DNA of 52,407 bases, taken from UHGV virus genome UHGV-0113213; one strand, written 5' to 3'. The translations under genes were made by a program, and so were the position numbers. The number at the start of each line of letters is the position of its first letter. Position 1 is the first letter of the stretch. The notes below the pieces were generated by a model. It worked only from the letters and a program-made list of their open reading frames with translations, had not been told where the DNA came from and made no database searches. Shown here piece after piece: positions 34,961-43,356 of this stretch. The DNA is from a virus.

Positions 34961-35725
34961 TTAGTCCGGTAAAATGCGGTTAAGCGTAGTACGAGTGATG
35001 GCCCGGTCGTTAGCCAGGAATACAGCACGGGCAAAGCCGCGCGGCGTTAGTGAGCGGATCATCTTAGTGCGTTTCGACTCTCCTCCTAACTTCGCGTGCT
35101 GTTTGCTGTCTTCCCATTCATCCGGCATAGGTACAGGCCGGAATAGCGGCTGCTTAAATCCATTCCCGCACCAGATACAAGTTTTCTTCGTGTATGCGTC
35201 GCGGGCAGCTATGTATTCAGGGAAAGCAGGGTGTTTGTCGTCTTCAGGCAGGTAGCCACCGTAAGCGCACGGGTTGAAGATAAAATCAGGTTTGCGCCAT
35301 AACGTTGACAGCGCACCTACCGGATTTTCCACCATCCACGGGACGTGGTACATATCAGCAAGCGTTTCTACCAGTTTTGCGTTGTATACCGCCTTCTGCT
35401 GGAAGTAAGGTTCTTTTTTCCGCTTATCAGCAAACCAGCGAGCGCCGGACACCGCAAGATCGTCGCACGGAGGAAAGCCCAGGATAATGTCAGGATCTGG
35501 ATAAACAGACAATTCAGGGGAGAACATTACCAGGAAATGGCTGTCAATCCATACGTTGATATACTCAATGTTCGGATGAATGATTTTGACGCCTTCATAA
35601 TCGCCGTGATTAGCGCCATCATAGTTGAAGCAATAGCATTTATAACCAGCGTCGGCCCAATCTTTAACGGCGTATCCGCTGCCGTCGTACAGCGACCACA
35701 CCACCCAATTTCTAAGCCCACTCAT
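34961..35725 (-). CDS. C5-cytosine DNA methyltransferase-like protein (divergent, 254 aa)
   Basis: Motif I-like LYDGSGYA, catalytic PC-like GFPPCDDLAVSG, ENV-like ENPVGA. Confidence 0.5.
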   Translation of the reverse strand: MSGLRNWVVWSLYDGSGYAVKDWADAGYKCYCFNYDGANHGDYEGVKIIHPNIEYINVWIDSHFLVMFSPELSVYPDPDIILGFPPCDDLAVSGARWFADKRKKEPYFQQKAVYNAKLVETLADMYHVPWMVENPVGALSTLWRKPDFIFNPCAYGGYLPEDDKHPAFPEYIAARDAYTKKTCIWCGNGFKQPLFRPVPMPDEWEDSKQHAKLGGESKRTKMIRSLTPRGFARAVFLANDRAITRTTLNRILPD

Positions 35726-36225
35726 TTCCTACCCTCGAACGTAAAGTAGCGGCGCATGATGATAGTGATCACCGTTACCGCCGCCATTTTTGAGATGAAT
35801 TGCATAGCTGATATTTCCGGCATGAATGCCATAAACGATAGCGTTGGGAAAATTAACGCATCGCCAATGGCGGACGCTATATTTGCAGGCCAGCGTTTAG
35901 AATCGAAATCACCAGGTAAAACCCGGTAAACGCCGCCAGAAATAAGCGCACCGGAAACAACCGCGACGAATGACGCGATCGCCACCATTCCGGCGTCGTA
36001 ATTTATCAGCACCGTGATTGCGCCAGCGGCGGCGCATGTTGTAGCCGACCATTTAAGGCCGCCGTCATATAACAGAAAATCACGAATCATCATATTGACA
36101 CACACGGCGGCTACCGTGGTGATCGGAATTACCCACGGGCCACAGTGGTTAACAATAAGATTGATGATAACGAAAACGGCGACATAAACGCAGGCTAATA
36201 ACCTGTCAATTGCCACCATCTTCAT
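35722..36225 (-). CDS. Integral membrane protein (167 aa, 4-5 TM helices); weak resemblance to YhhQ/VUT transporter family
   Basis: Hydrophobic profile by eye; family assignment tentative. Confidence 0.45.
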   Translation of the reverse strand: MKMVAIDRLLACVYVAVFVIINLIVNHCGPWVIPITTVAAVCVNMMIRDFLLYDGGLKWSATTCAAAGAITVLINYDAGMVAIASFVAVVSGALISGGVYRVLPGDFDSKRWPANIASAIGDALIFPTLSFMAFMPEISAMQFISKMAAVTVITIIMRRYFTFEGRK

Positions 36226-36400
36226 TTAGCTCTTCCTCCCGATACGCTAATATCTGTTCGGCCTTAAGCGCGTTATAAGCAATAAGGTCTATAAGAGTGT
36301 CGAGCGGATCAGTTCCATTAGCGAGAATAGCCCCTAAACGCGCTTCCTTGAGGCAAATCATTAGATCCCATACATCAAGTGGGGTTAAATTCGCATTCAT
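36206..36400 (-). CDS. Hypothetical protein (64 aa)
   Basis: ORF in operon. Confidence 0.35.
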   Translation of the reverse strand: MNANLTPLDVWDLMICLKEARLGAILANGTDPLDTLIDLIAYNALKAEQILAYREEELNEDGGN

Positions 36401-36517
36401 CTTAGCGTTGAAAATAGCCGCTATTTTTGGCGCTGATTTTTCTTCTTTTCGATCGTATCCGTTTTGCTCCCTCTTGCCTCGATAGTTTCAGCCGCAAGTC
36501 TCAGCAATTCAGCCGCT

Positions 36518-37057
36518 TTATTCATTTTCTGCACCTCTTGCATATAGCTCTTTACGTGTTATCTGCGTGAAAATACATTCATGTCTGCATCGTGGATGCC
36601 AGATCAGGAACAAGCTCCCCTTATTGTTCCCGCTTACTGGTTTCCCTGTTGCAGCATTGATAAACGCCAGCCGCCCGCGCGTGATTAATCGGCATTCGTT
36701 TGCCGTCTCCACGCCGTTCATAAACCAGCTAACAGAAATGTCAGCGGGCAATAACATTACGCATCCGATATGATTTCGGCTGTGTTCAAGCGCCGCTTTA
36801 TCAACGAATGGCCCCGGATTAGAATATGGCGGATTCATCCAGACATACTCACCAGGCATCGCCACCGCTCCCCACGGATAATGGAGCGTGTCCATTTCTT
36901 CGGTTATATATCGCGGTATTAATGCGTTTGCCTTGTTTGCCGCCACATCCGCGACGAACTCGAATTCTCGATCCATTCCTCTAAAAACGGGTTTTGGCGT
37001 TTGCCATAAGTCCTTTATTTCTTTCGGCGTATGGCTGCCGCCGTAATCATTTTTCAT
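36518..37057 (-). CDS. Phage-type DNA N6-adenine methyltransferase
   Basis: Motif WMNPPYS (NPPY catalytic motif), size ~180 aa typical of phage Dam family. Confidence 0.75.
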   Translation of the reverse strand: MKNDYGGSHTPKEIKDLWQTPKPVFRGMDREFEFVADVAANKANALIPRYITEEMDTLHYPWGAVAMPGEYVWMNPPYSNPGPFVDKAALEHSRNHIGCVMLLPADISVSWFMNGVETANECRLITRGRLAFINAATGKPVSGNNKGSLFLIWHPRCRHECIFTQITRKELYARGAENE

Positions 37058-37066
37058 TACGCCCCC

Positions 37067-37555
37067 TTAGAAATAATCCTGATCTGTTCCCCAGCGGTTA
37101 TTCAGATACCCCACCAACCACACAAAACGCTCAATACTGATTAGCGGGGCGACCTTGCGATAATGCTTATCTAATATCAGCCGCGTGGCTTTATCGCTGT
37201 AGCCGTTCTTCTCTACCTCCGCTTTGCAGGCCGAAAGCGCGGCGCGGGCGGCAGTCTTTACGGCGTTAAATTGCGGCTCTGACATATTGAATAAGGCCAT
37301 AGGATCACCATGTGTCAGTCCAATCCGGCGCGGCAGTCCAGCAAAAACCAATGAATGCGCTAACAGCCAATAAAGCGCGGGCTGCAAAAAGAATATTCCC
37401 AATGTCGTTAAATTCAGGAAGCGACCACGTAATAAACATAGCCCCAGCATAATAACACCGATAACAGTCATGGCCGCCAGGAAAACAAAAAGCGTAGCCA
37501 AAAGCCACGCCCCCAACCAGTTAAAAAAGCTCTTAAGCATTTTAAACGTCCTCAA
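37067..37555 (-). CDS. Membrane protein (162 aa, N-terminal TM helices)
   Basis: ORF in operon; hydrophobic N-terminal half. Confidence 0.45.
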   Translation of the reverse strand: MRTFKMLKSFFNWLGAWLLATLFVFLAAMTVIGVIMLGLCLLRGRFLNLTTLGIFFLQPALYWLLAHSLVFAGLPRRIGLTHGDPMALFNMSEPQFNAVKTAARAALSACKAEVEKNGYSDKATRLILDKHYRKVAPLISIERFVWLVGYLNNRWGTDQDYF

Positions 37556-37745
37556 TTACCCCGCCTTTCACACGCTCTTTAATATCCCATACGTGAGGCT
37601 TGCATATTTCCTGATAATAGTGATCCGGCCTGCTGCCGAAATACCATTTGCCATCCATATAAAAATAAACGCCAGAATAATTTCCTGGCGCTGCCTTTGT
37701 TGCTGCTTCTGGAATTTTCCATTCCATGTAATGTTTAAATTTCAT
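37542..37745 (-). CDS. Hypothetical protein (67 aa)
   Basis: ORF in operon. Confidence 0.4.
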   Translation of the reverse strand: MKFKHYMEWKIPEAATKAAPGNYSGVYFYMDGKWYFGSRPDHYYQEICKPHVWDIKERVKGGVIEDV

Positions 37746-37929
37746 GAGTTTTTAAATAACCCCTTCTGAATGCTTTGATGTAAAGTCCTAGCCTTCTTAT
37801 ATGCTGAACGCCATCAATGATGCGCACTAAATAAATTGCACCGTTTGTGTCAGATACAAAATGACAGCCAAAACCAATACCAACCAACTTCAGGTTGTCA
37901 GGTATTCTATAATCAGTTTTCTGTTCCAT
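37735..37929 (-). CDS. Hypothetical protein (64 aa)
   Basis: ORF in operon. Confidence 0.4.
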   Translation of the reverse strand: MEQKTDYRIPDNLKLVGIGFGCHFVSDTNGAIYLVRIIDGVQHIRRLGLYIKAFRRGYLKTHEI

Positions 37930-37932
37930 GCC

Positions 37933-38025
37933 TCACCTCATATGGTATTCAATAAACCACCTGATAAACAGACATAAGGCAATAAAACCCCAGCAACAGC
38001 ACATATAAAACAATGTGTCGTCCAT
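37933..38025 (-). CDS. Mini-gene, 30-aa hydrophobic peptide MDDTLFYMCCCWGFIALCLFIRWFIEYHMR
   Basis: ATG 2 nt after upstream stop, GAGG RBS; next gene starts 3 nt after its stop. Confidence 0.4.
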   Translation of the reverse strand: MDDTLFYMCCCWGFIALCLFIRWFIEYHMR

Positions 38026-38027
38026 AA

Positions 38028-38246
38028 TTAAGCCTCAATAACACCGTAATCGAACGTGCCTAAATACCGTTCGATACTTACAACCTCAATACCATCAATG
38101 CACCGTTTCCACACAGACACCTGGCTTTCATTTTCTCTGAAGTGCATATTAGAAAGCACTTCATCGGCTGGGTAGCCTTTCCCGGCGACGTAGGCATCGT
38201 GACCTACGCCACCTTCTACGCAATAAAGCATCAATTCGCGTTCCAT
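38028..38246 (-). CDS. Hypothetical protein (72 aa; start at MERELML)
   Basis: GGAGGAAACAAG RBS before internal ATG. Confidence 0.4.
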   Translation of the reverse strand: MERELMLYCVEGGVGHDAYVAGKGYPADEVLSNMHFRENESQVSVWKRCIDGIEVVSIERYLGTFDYGVIEA

Positions 38247-38344
38247 CTTGTTTCCTCCGTGCCGTAAACCTCTTAATTTCAGTTTACAAAACGGATATGC
38301 GATCGCAATACAAAATGTATATTTATGTGATCGCAATCACGCTG

Positions 38345-38965
38345 TTAATGCAGTACACGTTTTTCCTGTTCATGAATAGGCTGTGCACTTTTCATTGCTT
38401 CGTTAAGCGTAGCTATAGCCGCCTGTACGCCGAATTCATTAGCGCGCATATCATCGCCAACAAATTTTCCGTAAAGCACCGGAATAAACGCCTTAACGTT
38501 CACTTCTTCGTGTCCTTCCTCAATAAATTTCTGCAACATCTTAACCTCAAAGACCTTTTTCATCAGGCCGCGCATAGAATGCAGTGAAACACTGCCAAGC
38601 AGATCCTTGTTCAACGGGAAAATAACAGCACTTCCGAACGCGAGCGGATCAACATCTTCCGGCACTGGTGCGCGTCCGAATTCCTCCTCCATGCGTCTTA
38701 CGAAAGTGAGGCAGAACACATAACGCGCTACCGATGTTTTTTCTTCCATGCTTAAAGACACGTAATCGCGGATTGATGCATTCATCATAATATCGACAAT
38801 CTGTAGCGCCAGATTTAAGTCACTGTCATACACTCCTGCTTCCATATCTTTTAAAACTTCGTGATAATCCTTAGTTACCACTTCGTGAAAGCTCGCGTCC
38901 TCTGTGTAGCGAGTAATTAACATGCCTTCGCTGCCGAGTGAATAAGCCGTTTTGATATTGTTCAT
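38345..38965 (-). CDS. Hypothetical protein (~206 aa)
   Basis: Start moved to MNNIKTAYS with AAGGG RBS. Confidence 0.45.
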   Translation of the reverse strand: MNNIKTAYSLGSEGMLITRYTEDASFHEVVTKDYHEVLKDMEAGVYDSDLNLALQIVDIMMNASIRDYVSLSMEEKTSVARYVFCLTFVRRMEEEFGRAPVPEDVDPLAFGSAVIFPLNKDLLGSVSLHSMRGLMKKVFEVKMLQKFIEEGHEEVNVKAFIPVLYGKFVGDDMRANEFGVQAAIATLNEAMKSAQPIHEQEKRVLH

Positions 38966-38976
38966 AATATTTACCC

Positions 38977-39309
38977 TTATAGTGGATGATGCCATTTCAT
39001 TTCAGTTTCTGAATTAAACGGGTTTCCTTCGCTTGAAAGGAATAAATCACGCTCCCGTTTCAGTTCTTCCGGGCTTATTTCTATTTCATCAATCTGACCG
39101 AACGATCCAGGCATCATCCGTTTTAAATCGGATAGCGGACGCATAAGGCCGCAGCCACGTAACAGCATGTCTATAGCGAATTGTCTACGCCCTGCTGCAT
39201 CATTAAAGCGACGCGCCCACGGGACACACACAATCCGGCGTTCGAACTCAATAAATAGTGATAGCTTGTTAGTCTGACTATCATAGGCCTTATGTAATTT
39301 AATTTTCAT
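38977..39309 (-). CDS. Hypothetical protein (110 aa)
   Basis: ORF in operon. Confidence 0.45.
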   Translation of the reverse strand: MKIKLHKAYDSQTNKLSLFIEFERRIVCVPWARRFNDAAGRRQFAIDMLLRGCGLMRPLSDLKRMMPGSFGQIDEIEISPEELKRERDLFLSSEGNPFNSETEMKWHHPL

Positions 39310-39490
39310 TTAACACCTCAACATATTGTTCAAGATGCCATCTCCCCACCTCATCATCTTCCTCATCAAATAATATTACTTGACCACCAGGCAAAAAAGA
39401 AAAGGCAGCTATAATAAACTCATAGCCATACCAAGTGCGGATCTTCTCACCGCCTTTCAGGTGTTTTACTTTCACTAATTTTATAGCCAT
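39299..39490 (-). CDS. Hypothetical protein (63 aa)
   Basis: ORF in operon. Confidence 0.4.
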   Translation of the reverse strand: MAIKLVKVKHLKGGEKIRTWYGYEFIIAAFSFLPGGQVILFDEEDDEVGRWHLEQYVEVLNEN

Positions 39491-39753
39491 ACGCCGTACA
39501 TCCCATTCAGCCCGGCAAACAATTTCCGCCAGTGGTCTTCAACATAATCCCGGAACGGCTTAACGCGAACATTGCGGGCCTTCAGTTCAATCTTGTCAAA
39601 GAAACGAGGCTCAATAATCGTTCCATCCAGATATTTAACCAGGATCGGGCGCTCAAGATCGTTATATGTCTTGTTCAGCACAACCAGACCAGGGTCGCTA
39701 CGATATTCTGGCAAAACAACAAGATCGCCATCTTTTGCATTCCAAGTAACCAT
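39481..39753 (-). CDS. Hypothetical protein (~90 aa)
   Basis: ATG overlaps upstream mini-gene stop (TGATG). Confidence 0.45.
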   Translation of the reverse strand: MVTWNAKDGDLVVLPEYRSDPGLVVLNKTYNDLERPILVKYLDGTIIEPRFFDKIELKARNVRVKPFRDYVEDHWRKLFAGLNGMYGVWL

Positions 39754-39872
39754 CACATCGCCCCTTTACAAATAAAGCTAATCACCGCAGCAAGTGCGCC
39801 GCAAAACACAATCGTAAACAGGAAACAAATAACGCAAAAAGCGACCCTTACAATATTCTTGCAAACCTTCAT
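39753..39872 (-). CDS. Mini-gene, 39-aa Cys-rich membrane peptide MKVCKNIVRVAFCVICFLFTIVFCGALAAVISFICKGAM
   Basis: ATG 3 nt after upstream mini-gene stop. Confidence 0.4.
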   Translation of the reverse strand: MKVCKNIVRVAFCVICFLFTIVFCGALAAVISFICKGAM

Positions 39873-39875
39873 AAC

Positions 39876-39995
39876 TCACCCCAACAATGCAACAATTAAT
39901 TCAGCAATAAAAACGGCGACATAAAAAGAAGCTGTGATATAAATCACCCCAATAACGAAGGCGGCGGCTAATGCCGCAATTTTTACCATGCTCAT
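39876..39995 (-). CDS. Mini-gene, 39-aa membrane peptide MSMVKIAALAAAFVIGVIYITASFYVAVFIAELIVALLG
   Basis: ATGA overlap with upstream gene stop. Confidence 0.4.
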   Translation of the reverse strand: MSMVKIAALAAAFVIGVIYITASFYVAVFIAELIVALLG

Positions 39996-40231
39996 TTATC
40001 AGCCTCCGCAATGAACTTATCAAGCCATTTGTTATTGGCCAGGCGTTCGGCATCTTCGCCAAATGTTTTACGTTCGCTTAATTCCTTGCGCGTTGGTATA
40101 GGCCATTTATCGTGCCACCCGGCAGACGTTTCGAACTCATACAGGCCGCCGTTAAAAGTGACATAGTCATCAGATGAGTCAGGCAGCTCTTTATCAACAT
40201 CTTTTTCTTCGATCATGATTTGATACCTCAT
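39992..40231 (-). CDS. Hypothetical acidic protein (79 aa)
   Basis: ORF in operon. Confidence 0.45.
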   Translation of the reverse strand: MRYQIMIEEKDVDKELPDSSDDYVTFNGGLYEFETSAGWHDKWPIPTRKELSERKTFGEDAERLANNKWLDKFIAEADK

Positions 40232-40509
40232 TAATCGTTAATAACCTGGCCCATACGCCCGCGATATTTGCGCATACGTGGATCGACATATTCAGGCCAG
40301 TGCATATCCGGTTTTCTTTGCAGCGGATAAAAACTTGCCTGCCAGTTGTCGAACCATATTTGTTTTGCGTACAGGTCACTAAATCTTTTCGCCATCCGTT
40401 CCGCTGCCGTGCCGCATAAAAAAAGCCCGCGATCGATTTGATCACGGGCTTCTTTTAATACTTGCTCTTTTGTTCGTGGCGGTGGTGGCGGTTTTAGATA
40501 ATCAACCAT
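40231..40509 (-). CDS. Hypothetical protein (92 aa, poly-Pro near N-terminus)
   Basis: ORF in operon. Confidence 0.45.
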   Translation of the reverse strand: MVDYLKPPPPPRTKEQVLKEARDQIDRGLFLCGTAAERMAKRFSDLYAKQIWFDNWQASFYPLQRKPDMHWPEYVDPRMRKYRGRMGQVIND

Positions 40510-40524
40510 CGCTAACCTATTGGA

Positions 40525-40929
40525 TCAAAACGGGATATCGTCATCAAAGTCCATCGGCGGATTATTCCCGTTATTATTCTGCTGCTGCGGAGGCGCTTTC
40601 TGCTGCTGGCCTTGTTGGTTAACGTTCATGAATTCAAATTCGTTAACCGCCACTTCTACCGCCGTTCCCTTCGTGCCGTCGTTCCGGTCATATTGCCGAA
40701 CATCCAGGCGACCGCTTACCACTATTTTTCCACCCTTGCGGATATGTGGCGCTAATTTTTCCGCACGCTCACCAAATACCAGGCAAGTGACCCACATTGT
40801 CCGCTTATTATCGCCGTAGCCATTCGTTACAGCTAACGGAAAACTACCAATCGCTTTCCCGTTTTGTGTGTAGCGAACCTCCATATCATTACCGATATTC
40901 CCGCCCAGCGTGATTGAATTTAAACTCAT
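40525..40929 (-). CDS. ssb: Single-stranded DNA-binding protein
   Basis: OB-fold-like N-terminal region, Gln/Asn/Pro-rich linker, acidic C-terminal tail DFDDDIPF. Confidence 0.85.
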   Translation of the reverse strand: MSLNSITLGGNIGNDMEVRYTQNGKAIGSFPLAVTNGYGDNKRTMWVTCLVFGERAEKLAPHIRKGGKIVVSGRLDVRQYDRNDGTKGTAVEVAVNEFEFMNVNQQGQQQKAPPQQQNNNGNNPPMDFDDDIPF

Positions 40930-41573
40930 TAACCCATCTCCCCGTTAAGCTCTGCTACCCGGATGTCATAAACATCTTTTGCCTTGATTCGATGTTCCGA
41001 TCCTTCCGGTAGTAATTTCCAGCATTTGCCAAATATTTCACGCAGCTTGTTAGCGTCCTGCGCTTTCGCTGCTGCATCACAGAAACGTGCTAATACTTCA
41101 TCAGGATTTGGCGGCGCTTTCTGCTGCTGTGGTTGTTGTTTTGGTGGGTTTTTCTGCTGGCGAGGCTGCTGGCCTGTCTGCTTAGCGTATGCGTCAGTAT
41201 CAGGATCTCGCGCATCATCAATGCAGAATAAACCGTTCAAAGCGTATTTTCGCGCGTAACTTGATGTCGCACCTGTTAGCTGGCTTGCGTCCATTCCCTT
41301 CTTGCTTTCTTCTTCCCTGGCGTAAGCCGTTACCGCTATTTCGTCTTCACCGTCGCTTAGCGTCGCCGTAGCTTTCACATAATAGCGATTGCCGATCAGG
41401 ACAATTTCATCGCTTACAGTCAGCGTAATACTTTGAAGCAGTGGTTTAACCGCCTCTAAAATATCCTCCGCCGACCTGTAATTATATCCACCAAAATTAT
41501 TACGCTGATTTTTCGGCGCGTTCAGCGTTTGCTGAATCGTCCATAGCTTTTTATGTAACTCTGTTTTCACCAT
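40929..41573 (-). CDS. erf: ERF-family single-strand annealing protein
   Basis: N-terminal motifs NFGGYNYRSAEDILEAVKPLL typical of Erf; Gln/Pro-rich C-terminus; adjacent to SSB. Confidence 0.7.
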   Translation of the reverse strand: MVKTELHKKLWTIQQTLNAPKNQRNNFGGYNYRSAEDILEAVKPLLQSITLTVSDEIVLIGNRYYVKATATLSDGEDEIAVTAYAREEESKKGMDASQLTGATSSYARKYALNGLFCIDDARDPDTDAYAKQTGQQPRQQKNPPKQQPQQQKAPPNPDEVLARFCDAAAKAQDANKLREIFGKCWKLLPEGSEHRIKAKDVYDIRVAELNGEMG

Positions 41574-41689
41574 TTAATCTCCCGTGCTGTTAACACTATG
41601 TATAAGGCTTTATTCGCGGCGCTCCACATTTCGGCATCGTGAAGCATTTCCGCTACTGCCAGTTTGAATTGAAGCGCCTGAATAACCAT
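41567..41689 (-). CDS. Small protein (40 aa), not in ORF track
   Basis: GGAG RBS; stop overlaps Erf start (ATGGTGA). Confidence 0.4.
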   Translation of the reverse strand: MVIQALQFKLAVAEMLHDAEMWSAANKALYIVLTAREIKW

Positions 41690-41719
41690 AATGTCATCTC
41701 CGGATGTTTACATTTTGTA

Positions 41720-42010
41720 TTAATGGTAGCGGACTTTATCCAGGGGTTTTTCCCCTAAATGGCGTGGTTGCGTTGCGTGGTAGTAGCTGCCGCTTTCATT
41801 TTCCGTATACCATTTTACTGATCCTTTGCGACGTTCTTTAATGCTATTTGGTTTGCATCTTTCCTCGTTTGCAAATCGAATAGCTTTATCCACATTGTCT
41901 GTTTTATTGATTGCAGGTGATGATTTTCTTTCGTTTTCTCTTTTTATCCTTCTGCGTTCCCTGGCATTCATTTTGCTATCACATTTACCATATATAATTG
42001 TAACGCTCAT
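41720..42010 (-). CDS. N: N-like antitermination protein (arginine-rich motif MNARERRRIKRENERK)
   Basis: First gene of leftward operon downstream of pL/nutL; ARM resembles lambda/P22 N; true start may be internal ATG at 41971. Confidence 0.55.
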   Translation of the reverse strand: MSVTIIYGKCDSKMNARERRRIKRENERKSSPAINKTDNVDKAIRFANEERCKPNSIKERRKGSVKWYTENESGSYYHATQPRHLGEKPLDKVRYH

Positions 42011-42066
42011 AATCTGATCTCCGTATATCCTTGATGATACTTAATAAAAAATCATCTTCGTTAATT

Positions 42067-42104
42067 GCCGCACTTCCAGCGGCTGACCAGATTGTTAATG
42101 AGCG
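42067..42104 (-). promoter_or_regulatory. nutL-like site: boxA CGCTCATTAACAATCTGG plus boxB-like hairpin GCCGC-UGGAAGU-GCGGC
   Basis: boxA resembles CGCTCTTA/TGCTCTTTAACAA consensus; 5-bp stem with GAA-containing loop; located between pL and N. Confidence 0.45.
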
Positions 42105-42358
42105 GCTTAACATCTTTCAACTAATCCCGCAATCATCGCCGTTCCCGGCGTGACCTTGCTCACTCCAAGCAAGCTGACTCGTCGCCTTGCGTGCGGTTTC
42201 GTGGGGGATGTAACGCTTTAAACACCCCATGCGCCTTGTTATCAGTGCCGCTTTCGGTCCCCCATCGGGGAGTTACTCCACGGTTGACAAGGTGTTAAGC
42301 CTGATTTTTAAAGTGCCAGGAAGTTGCTTTTGTTACCTGCGCCCTTCCTTTGACTCGC

Positions 42359-42387
42359 AATATACGCCCCGTAAAACATCGAGTCAA
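42359..42387 (-). promoter_or_regulatory. Candidate pL: -35 TTGACT (42382-42387), 17-bp spacer, -10 TATATT (42359-42364), with TACAAAATGGA element immediately upstream
   Basis: Read on minus strand. Confidence 0.45.
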
Positions 42388-42481
42388 TCCATTTTGTATA
42401 CTTTTTTAAAATATTTTATATGCCATTGATATTTAAATAATAAATAACGTTTTCTGTTTACGTTTTGGTGTTTTCCAGGCA

Positions 42482-42510
42482 AAGAAAAGCCGCCATTCGG
42501 CGGCTAATGT
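42482..42510. terminator. Hairpin GCCGCC-ATTC-GGCGGC after cI (U-run on minus strand; weaker on plus)
   Basis: Stem flanked by A-run/T-rich run directly after cI stop. Confidence 0.55.
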
Positions 42511-43158
42511 TTATGGCAGGTTTACGATCTTCGCATCAACCACCACGCCTATAATTTTTGATTCTGGATTCATAGGGATTGGCGGATACAGCGGATTGAG
42601 CGAACGTAAAAGCCTTTGACCTCCATCAATAATCAACTGTTTAAACGTCGGTATCTGCCCTTCCTCAAGCTGGGCTATAACCAGTTTGCCGTCAATAGCT
42701 GGCGCGTGCGGGTCCACAAGTATCATCGTCCCCGCCGGGATGCTCAACCCCTGCGGCGCGTTCATTGATTCACCTTTGGCAACCAGCCAGTAACTGTCAT
42801 CTGAACAAATAACGCTAGTCGTAACGTGTCGTAATGCTGAACGCCTTGCGTCATCCATATTGTTTACTGTGTCCTTCCAGTCAATAACCGGGTAACTACC
42901 TAAATCACGCGGCGGCACGGCCTGAAGTGTATTAGAAACAGAATCATCAATGACCATGCCATCATGTGTAACAGTAAACTGCCGACGACCAAGCTCGCGC
43001 ATAATCCGCGCAATATCTTCAAGATTTGGCTCTCGGCGACCGTTCAGCCAGTGTGACAGGCCGCCTTTAGTTATCCCCATACGATCCGCGAGTGAATCCT
43101 GGCTCATGCCCTGCGCCCGCATGAGCTGCTTTGCTAAGTCATACCATTTTGTTTTCAT
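42511..43158 (-). CDS. cI: CI-like repressor (HTH_XRE plus S24 LexA-type peptidase domain)
   Basis: N-terminal HTH (MSQDSLADRMGITKGGLSHWLNGRR), C-terminal autocleavage-type domain with Ser (GESM) and Lys (KQL) region. Confidence 0.85.
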   Translation of the reverse strand: MKTKWYDLAKQLMRAQGMSQDSLADRMGITKGGLSHWLNGRREPNLEDIARIMRELGRRQFTVTHDGMVIDDSVSNTLQAVPPRDLGSYPVIDWKDTVNNMDDARRSALRHVTTSVICSDDSYWLVAKGESMNAPQGLSIPAGTMILVDPHAPAIDGKLVIAQLEEGQIPTFKQLIIDGGQRLLRSLNPLYPPIPMNPESKIIGVVVDAKIVNLP

Positions 43159-43185
43159 GTCGCTACCCTATAACCTCAAAAAGTT

Positions 43186-43285
43186 TGATGCAAGTCACAA
43201 AACGTGTATTTTAAGCCTTGATCTTAAAATTCCATTTTGTAAACTTGCAGACAAGGTAAGGCCATACTTGCAAAGACGCAAGGAA
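43186..43285. promoter_or_regulatory. Immunity-region operator/promoter segment: inverted repeats CTTGCAGACAAG (43244-43255) and CTTGCAAAGACGCAAG (43267-43282) plus TACAAAATGG element (43232-43244)
   Basis: Palindromes read directly; exact operator boundaries not resolved. Confidence 0.4.
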
Positions 43286-43320
43286 AAAGATAACGGAAGG
43301 CACAAAAAGGCACTTACCTT

Positions 43321-43356
43321 ATGCTCTTTAAAAATCCGGTGTCGCTGCGAAGCGAA
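43321..43356 (+). promoter_or_regulatory. nutR-like site: boxA ATGCTCTTTAAAAATCCGG plus short hairpin CGCUGCGAAGCG
   Basis: boxA close to rrn-type TGCTCTTTAACAA; in leader of rightward operon. Confidence 0.45.

Noticed and set aside
42100-42330. GC-rich structured segment considered as a possible tRNA or integration target
   Set aside because: No T-loop-like GTTCRANYC motif or cloverleaf could be found by eye; the hairpin is better explained as a nutL boxB
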